From IMG/VR virus record IMGVR_UViG_2921473944_000002, positions 53,340-117,339 of that record: a stretch of DNA of 64,000 nucleotides, one strand, 5' to 3'. The position numbers were made by a program, and so were the translations under genes. The notes under the pieces were generated by a model. That model did no database searches. It was not told the origin of the DNA and worked only from the letters and a program-made list of their open reading frames with translations. This DNA is from a virus. Taxonomy: Duplodnaviria > Caudoviricetes. Below are positions 57,989 through 64,000 of the stretch, piece after piece. Each line of letters begins with the position of its first letter. Position 1 is the stretch's first letter.

Positions 57989-58819
57989 ATGGACAAGGAA
58001 TATCTTGGATTTAAGGAACTCATAATTACAGGGGAAGAGGTTAATGACCTCTTCAATCCTGAAACGGAAAACACATTCGGTTGTTTACAGAATGAATATC
58101 TGATCGCATCTGATGAACATGGAAACTCGATCGGTAAATTCAAATGTGATGGAAGTAAAGTTGTCAAGGTTCCGTATAAGGCTATTGAAACAAGATTTGC
58201 AGGAAAGGTAAAACCAAGAAACCCACAGCAGGAACTTGCTATCGATATGCTTTATGACGAAAATACAACAGTCAAAATCATTGCAGGAAAGTTTGGTACT
58301 GGTAAGGACTTCTTAATGTGTTCTGCAGCAATCGATCTGCTTGAACATGGTAAGTTCGAGAAGATTGTGTACGTCAGAAACAATATCGAAGTAAAAAATT
58401 CTAAACCAATCGGTCATTTACCGGGTTCTTACAATGAGAAACTCTTGCCATTTGCAATGCCTTTAGCTGACCATTTGGGAGGAGTGGACGGTCTTGAGCT
58501 GATGATTGGTCACGGAAAGATTGAAATCGTTCACTTAGGATTTATCAGAGGCAGAGATATTAAGAACTCAATCATTATTTGTTCTGAAGCCGAGAACATG
58601 ACAAAGGAGCATATACAATTACTTCTCGGAAGAGTCGGAGAGGGTTCCTCGTTGTGGATCAACGGAGATTTTAAACAGTGTGATGCAGATGTATTCAGAG
58701 AGAATAGTGGTCTGATGATTGCTGTTGATAAACTGAAAGGTCATCCAAGATTCGGATATGTGAAGCTTCTCAGGACAGAGCGAAGTGAAACAGCTGCTAT
58801 GGCAGATTTGCTTGATTAG
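57989..58819 (+). CDS. phoH: PhoH-family ATPase
   Basis: GKFGTGK, G.LPG...EK, RGR, EAEN, GD..Q.D, RS motifs. Confidence 0.9.
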   Translation: MDKEYLGFKELIITGEEVNDLFNPETENTFGCLQNEYLIASDEHGNSIGKFKCDGSKVVKVPYKAIETRFAGKVKPRNPQQELAIDMLYDENTTVKIIAGKFGTGKDFLMCSAAIDLLEHGKFEKIVYVRNNIEVKNSKPIGHLPGSYNEKLLPFAMPLADHLGGVDGLELMIGHGKIEIVHLGFIRGRDIKNSIIICSEAENMTKEHIQLLLGRVGEGSSLWINGDFKQCDADVFRENSGLMIAVDKLKGHPRFGYVKLLRTERSETAAMADLLD

Positions 58820-58830
58820 GAGGTAACTGA

Positions 58831-61053
58831 ATGATTGTAATGAAGAGAGATGGTCGAGAAGACCAGTATACAAAAACAAAGATACATACGGCGATTTGCA
58901 AAGCAATCGTTGAAGTTAACGGAGCGGGGGATACTTCCCTTGCTACCGTTATCACAAATAGACTTGACTCGAGATATCGCAAAAGAAAAAGAACAATCTC
59001 GGTAGAAGAGATACAGGACGATATCGAAACAGAACTGATGAAAGAACAGGCATTCGATGTCGCCAAGGCATATGTTAGATATAGATACAAACATGAAATG
59101 AAACGTAACGGCAGTAGTATCGACGGTAAAATTCTTACAATTGTCGATGGTGTAAATGAGGAGGTAATACAGGAAAATTCAAACAAGAATCCAACAATAT
59201 TATCTACACAGAGGGATTACATCGCCGGTGAGGTAAGTAGAGATATCACAAGGAACACATTGCTTCCGAAAGAAATACAATATGCTCATGATGAGGGGAT
59301 TATCCATTTTCATGATTCAGATTATTTCGTACAAAGAATGCACAATTGTTGCTTAGTTGATATAGGGGATATGCTTCAAAACGGTACGGTTATTTCGGAC
59401 ACTCTAATTGAAAAACCACATAGTTTTTCAACTGCATGTAACGTAACAACACAGGCTGTTGCGCAGATTGCGTCAAACCAGTATGGCGGTCAGAGTATTT
59501 CTTTAACACATCTCGCACCATTTGTTGATGTAAGCCGACAGAAGATTCGCAAAGATGTTGAGAACGAAATTACTGCTTGCAACGGCGATATTAGTAGCAT
59601 TGATGCTATCGTAGAAAAACGATTGAAAGAAGAGATAAAACGTGGAGTGCAAACAATCCAATATCAAGTTCTTACTCTAATGACTACGAACGGTCAGACA
59701 CCATTTATTACGGTGTTTATGTATCTTGGGGAAGCCAAAGACGAGAGAACAAAAGCTGATCTTGCAATGATTATTGAAGAAGTTGTGAAGCAGAGATACC
59801 AAGGCGTTAAGAACGAAAAAGGTGTATGGATTACTCCGGCATTTCCTAAGCTCATATATGTGCTTGAAGAAGATAATATCCATGAAGATAGTGAATATTT
59901 CTATCTTACAAAATTATGTGCAAAGTGCTCTGTAAAGCGTCTTGTACCGGATTACATTTCTGAAAAGATGATGTTGCAGAATAAAATCGATGCGAATGGT
60001 GACGGGCATTGCTTCCCATGTATGGGATGCAGAAGCTTTCTGACTCCTTATCTTGATGAAAACGGAAATCCGAAGTATTATGGAAGATTTAATCAAGGTG
60101 TCGTTACAATCAATCTTCCAGATGTAGGATTATCTGCTGTGAAAAAGATGGAGAGAATTACTTATGTCGATGATGAACAATATCAGAAGCGTAAGGAAGA
60201 GATTTTTTGGGAGATATTTGAAGAAAGATTAGAGCTGTGTCATAAAGCACTACGTCTTCGTCATGAAAGATTACTTGGAACACTGTCAGACGCCTCCCCA
60301 ATTCATTGGCAGAATGGAGGACTTGCGCGATTAAAGAAAGGAGAGACAATCGACAAGCTTCTATATGGTGGCTATTCCACATTATCTCTTGGATATGCTG
60401 GATTGTATGAGTGTGTTAAGGCAATGACCGGAAAAAGTCATACAGACGATGAAGCGAAACCATTTGCGCTTGCGATTATGCAGAAGATGAATTATAAGTG
60501 TGCAGAATGGAAAGCAGCAGAGAATATTGATTACTCATTATATGGAACTCCTATAGAATCTACTACATACAAATTTGCAAGATGCTTACAGAAACGATTC
60601 GGTGTAATCGATGGTATCACAGATAGAAATTATATAACTAATAGCTATCATGTGCATGTAACAGAGGAAATCAATGCTTTTGATAAGCTAAGATTTGAGT
60701 CCGAGTTTCAGGTGCTGAGTCCGGGAGGTGCTATTTCATATATCGAAACAGCCAATTTAAGTGATAATGTAGAAGCTGCTATCGAAGTAATCAAGTATAT
60801 CTATAATCATATCATGTATGCTGAGCTGAATACAAAGAGTGATTACTGTCAGGAATGCGGATATGACGGAGAAATACAGATTGTAGAAAATGAAGACGGA
60901 AAGCTTGTTTGGGAATGCCCGAATTGTGGCAACCGAGATAGAACAAAGATGAATATTGCAAGGAGAACATGTGGTTATATCGGACTACAAGACTTCAATC
61001 AGGGACGTACGCAAGAAATAAAAGAGCGATATGTTCATTTAGGCGGTGATTAA
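58831..61053 (+). CDS. nrdD: anaerobic ribonucleoside-triphosphate reductase
   Basis: ATP cone, HFHD, NCC, GGQS, MGCRS, RRTCGY glycyl-radical motif. Confidence 0.95.
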   Translation: MIVMKRDGREDQYTKTKIHTAICKAIVEVNGAGDTSLATVITNRLDSRYRKRKRTISVEEIQDDIETELMKEQAFDVAKAYVRYRYKHEMKRNGSSIDGKILTIVDGVNEEVIQENSNKNPTILSTQRDYIAGEVSRDITRNTLLPKEIQYAHDEGIIHFHDSDYFVQRMHNCCLVDIGDMLQNGTVISDTLIEKPHSFSTACNVTTQAVAQIASNQYGGQSISLTHLAPFVDVSRQKIRKDVENEITACNGDISSIDAIVEKRLKEEIKRGVQTIQYQVLTLMTTNGQTPFITVFMYLGEAKDERTKADLAMIIEEVVKQRYQGVKNEKGVWITPAFPKLIYVLEEDNIHEDSEYFYLTKLCAKCSVKRLVPDYISEKMMLQNKIDANGDGHCFPCMGCRSFLTPYLDENGNPKYYGRFNQGVVTINLPDVGLSAVKKMERITYVDDEQYQKRKEEIFWEIFEERLELCHKALRLRHERLLGTLSDASPIHWQNGGLARLKKGETIDKLLYGGYSTLSLGYAGLYECVKAMTGKSHTDDEAKPFALAIMQKMNYKCAEWKAAENIDYSLYGTPIESTTYKFARCLQKRFGVIDGITDRNYITNSYHVHVTEEINAFDKLRFESEFQVLSPGGAISYIETANLSDNVEAAIEVIKYIYNHIMYAELNTKSDYCQECGYDGEIQIVENEDGKLVWECPNCGNRDRTKMNIARRTCGYIGLQDFNQGRTQEIKERYVHLGGD

Positions 61054-61055
61054 AA

Positions 61056-61559
61056 ATGCATTACGGTAAGATAAGAAATTGCGATATTGCAAACGGTCAA
61101 GGAGTCAGAGTGAGTCTATTTGTATCTGGTTGCAGGAATCATTGTAAAAATTGTTTCCAACCAGAGACATGGAACTTTGATTATGGGACTCCGTATACAG
61201 AAGAAACAGAAGAGTACATTATCCAGTTATTATCAAAGCCGTATATTCAAGGTCTGACGATACTCGGAGGGGAGCCACTTGAGCCTGAAAATCAACAAGG
61301 TTTACTTAGGCTCCTCAAAAGAGTCAAATCTGATTATCCGGAAAAAGATATATGGTGTTATACAGGATACACCCTTGAGCAGGCTTTGAAAGACGGTTCT
61401 CCATGCAGGTGCGATGTTACGGATGAATTGCTTTCAGCAATAGACGTATTGGTTGACGGTAGATTTGTGGAGGAGCTTAAAGATATTACATTAAAGTTCA
61501 GAGGGTCTTCTAATCAAAGAATAATTAGCATGAAAGAGTGGAGGAAGCGAATGAAATGA
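61056..61559 (+). CDS. nrdG: anaerobic RNR activating protein
   Basis: GCRNHCKNCF, LGGEP, FRGSSNQ motifs. Confidence 0.95.
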   Translation: MHYGKIRNCDIANGQGVRVSLFVSGCRNHCKNCFQPETWNFDYGTPYTEETEEYIIQLLSKPYIQGLTILGGEPLEPENQQGLLRLLKRVKSDYPEKDIWCYTGYTLEQALKDGSPCRCDVTDELLSAIDVLVDGRFVEELKDITLKFRGSSNQRIISMKEWRKRMK

Positions 61560-61990
61560 GAAGATTATTTATTATGAGAAAAGACTTGCACATGTCTTCT
61601 GGGAAACTCATGGCGCAAGTAATGCATTGTGCAGAAGCGTATTGGACTTCTAGGATACGTGCTGGGCGTTCCAGTGCTTTTGCGATAGATAGTGGCGAAT
61701 ATATGTCTTTAGTGACGTTGCCTGTGGATGTATATGAGGACTATGTGTGCGGAACATTCACAAAAACTGTATGTGAAGCGAGAAATAAAAATCATTTATT
61801 AAAGGCAAAAATCATCGCAGACGAAATGGGTTTGATAGAGAATATCGATTATGGATGTATCTATGACAAATGTCTGACAGAATTAGAACCAGAAGAAGAT
61901 GATTGGACTACATTGACTGGTATTTGGTTCTGTCCGCTAGAAGATGAGGTTGCTCATAAGATTAGCAAAAAATATCAATTATATAAATAG
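61556..61990 (+). CDS. peptidyl-tRNA hydrolase, PTH2-like
   Basis: MRKDL.MSSGK..AQ..H, K.V, D...TE, T.T motifs. Confidence 0.75.
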   Translation: MRRLFIMRKDLHMSSGKLMAQVMHCAEAYWTSRIRAGRSSAFAIDSGEYMSLVTLPVDVYEDYVCGTFTKTVCEARNKNHLLKAKIIADEMGLIENIDYGCIYDKCLTELEPEEDDWTTLTGIWFCPLEDEVAHKISKKYQLYK

Positions 61991-62002
61991 GAAGGAATTA
62001 CA

Positions 62003-62476
62003 ATGACAAGAATAGTAAAGGATTGCGACATGGCGAGAATGAATATAAAGAAAATAAATACCGATTCGATTGTGCCAACCAAGGGATCAGATGATGCAGC
62101 AGGTCTGGATTTGTACGCATATATTCCAAGAGGTGCAATTGATATCCCGGCTGGTACTACTATCAAAATTGGGACTGGCATCGCAACAGAAATTCCGACG
62201 GGATGTTTTGGAGCTGTATTTGCAAGAAGTGGACTTGCTACTAAAAGAGGATTACGTCCATCTAACTGCGTAGGAGTCGTAGATTCAGATTACCGTGGAG
62301 AGGTAATTGTAGCACTGCACAATGACTCTGATAAATGCGAAACAATTCATCATGGCGATCGTATTGCTCAGCTGGTTATTATGCCGTACATTAGTGTTAG
62401 GCTGTGCGAAGTTGATGAATTATCTAATACAGAGCGTGGTTCAGGTGGGTTCGGCAGTACAGGAATTTCGCTGTAA
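62003..62476 (+). CDS. dut: dUTPase
   Basis: AGLDL, RSGLA, GVVDSDYRGE, RIAQLV, RGSGGFGSTG motifs. Confidence 0.96.
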   Translation: MTRIVKDCDMARMNIKKINTDSIVPTKGSDDAAGLDLYAYIPRGAIDIPAGTTIKIGTGIATEIPTGCFGAVFARSGLATKRGLRPSNCVGVVDSDYRGEVIVALHNDSDKCETIHHGDRIAQLVIMPYISVRLCEVDELSNTERGSGGFGSTGISL

Positions 62477-62528
62477 TAATATAAACGAGGTGGGCGTTAG
62501 CCTGCCTCTATTTAGTAAGGAGATACAT

Positions 62529-62717
62529 ATGGAGAAAATATTAATGAGCCTCAAAGAGGTGTGTGAATACACAGGATGGGGCGAGACAAAGGTTAGAGAG
62601 ATATTAAAGAGACCCGATAGTACATTTACAGTTATACTAGGCAATAGGTTATATGCTAATAAGAAGAAATTTGATGAGTATTTAGATAGATGCGCAAAAT
62701 ATCACATCCCAGTATAG
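62529..62717 (+). CDS. excisionase-like HTH protein
   Basis: LMSLKEVCEYTGWGE..VR pattern; adjacent to integrase. Confidence 0.75.
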   Translation: MEKILMSLKEVCEYTGWGETKVREILKRPDSTFTVILGNRLYANKKKFDEYLDRCAKYHIPV

Positions 62718-62803
62718 AAGTTTGCAGTTGTATTTTTGCGTAAAACAGTGTAATGTATATGTGTAAGTTGATGCTGTAGTCAATATAGAAAGGAATATTG
62801 ATT

Positions 62804-64000
62804 ATGGGAAAAGACTTAAATGGTAAAGAACTTGGTAGAGGATTCAGTCAGAGAAAGGACGGTAGATATGAAGCCAGAGCCGTCATATGCGGCACAAAAA
62901 TAGATATTTATGACATGAATCTAGCGAAACTGAAAAAGGAATTTGAAGTTGAAAAAGCTAGAGTATTGCGAGACGAAAAGAATGTACGACCTAACGTAAC
63001 ATTCAAAGAATGGTATTTAGAGTGGTTTGAAAAATGTAAATCTCCTCAACTAAAATCAGAGGTAAGCAGGAAGACATATGATAGGAAAGTGAGAAACACA
63101 TATTGTAAGATTCTTGGCGATAAGCGTATGGAGAATATCTCACAAATGAATATGCAGGCTGCTACAACCGAATTGGTTGAACAAGGGTATACAGATCGTT
63201 CTGTAAGAGAAGCTCTAGGAATCGTGAATGAATGCATGGAGATTGCGATTGTAAATCACATTATAAATGTAAACCCATGCGTAGGAATCAAAATCCAAAA
63301 TGCGAATGAGCGTAGAGAAAGAAGAGTTATGAAGAAATGGGAGCAAGATTTGTTTCTAAGCGAAGTTAAAAACAGATACTACTACGAAGCATATAAGATT
63401 CTTCTTTTGACTGGCATGAGAATTGGAGAGTTCTCTGGTTTGCAGTGGAGAGATATAGATTTTGAGAATAAAGTCATCAACATTAACAGATCCATGCAGA
63501 CGGCATATATTGATGGTAAGAAAATCGAAGAACTTACAACACCGAAGACAGCAAATTCATATAGAGCAATACCGTTTTTTGGAGAAACAGAGGAGTGCCT
63601 TATAAATTGGAAGAAGAAGCAAGATGAGTATAAGAAACGTCTTGGCGATAGATGGAGGGCAAGACCGGAACTTGGTGACTTAGTATTTACAAGTACGGTA
63701 GGTTCACCTGTAACACGATATGTCATTGTGCATGACATAAATAAAGTAGTCCAAAATATCAATCTTAAAGAGATTAGTAGGGCATTCAGAGAACATAGAG
63801 AGCCTGTTGAATTTGAACATTTACATCCGCACGCTTTTCGTCACACTTTTGCAACACGTTGTTTTGAAAAAGGGCTTGACCCATTATTTGTACAGAGTAT
63901 AATGGGACACGCCGATTATGCAACTACAGTGTCATACACACATATATTAGATGATTTACGTCAGAGAGAGGTAGCGAAGATTGGCAACTTCCTTGAATAA
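62804..64000 (+). CDS. int: phage integrase (tyrosine recombinase)
   Basis: Arm-binding N-terminus, TGMRIGE, PKT, HAFRHTFAT, MGH, Y. Confidence 0.95.
   Translation: MGKDLNGKELGRGFSQRKDGRYEARAVICGTKIDIYDMNLAKLKKEFEVEKARVLRDEKNVRPNVTFKEWYLEWFEKCKSPQLKSEVSRKTYDRKVRNTYCKILGDKRMENISQMNMQAATTELVEQGYTDRSVREALGIVNECMEIAIVNHIINVNPCVGIKIQNANERRERRVMKKWEQDLFLSEVKNRYYYEAYKILLLTGMRIGEFSGLQWRDIDFENKVININRSMQTAYIDGKKIEELTTPKTANSYRAIPFFGETEECLINWKKKQDEYKKRLGDRWRARPELGDLVFTSTVGSPVTRYVIVHDINKVVQNINLKEISRAFREHREPVEFEHLHPHAFRHTFATRCFEKGLDPLFVQSIMGHADYATTVSYTHILDDLRQREVAKIGNFLE

Noticed and set aside
62718-64000. Attachment site near the integrase
   Set aside because: The window ends at the integrase stop codon, so no att core can be identified.

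Overview
A 64-kb, AT-rich segment of a large temperate phage or prophage of a Firmicutes (Clostridia/Lachnospiraceae-like) host. Genes are almost all on the + strand, with an SPbeta-like organisation. The right part carries replication genes (ERF, SSB, PD-(D/E)XK nuclease, DnaB, primase, DnaE), nucleotide-metabolism genes (ThyX, NrdDG, dUTPase, DUF5664-like), a lysogeny module (SOS-box promoter, MazF-like, MrpR-like repressor with a 4-copy operator motif) and an excisionase plus integrase. The left part is accessory. The most striking element is a retron-type reverse transcriptase (8941-10080) with five dispersed msr/msd-like non-coding cassettes of about 250-280 nt. They share a covarying 5' two-hairpin core and terminal inverted repeats, but their bodies differ and are rich in palindromes. 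Next to it lies a phage ubiquitin-like conjugation gene set (Ubl, E2-like, JAB, E1) and an RNase H. Also present: a PNK-phosphatase-RNA ligase gene whose middle domain is inverted between inverted repeats, an NAD+ rebuilding/ADP-ribose cluster, a Ter/Ca-ATPase cluster, a tmRNA, two tRNAs, three unassigned structured RNAs, a probable DGR target gene and an IS insertion. All calls come from reading motifs by eye; no database searches were run.
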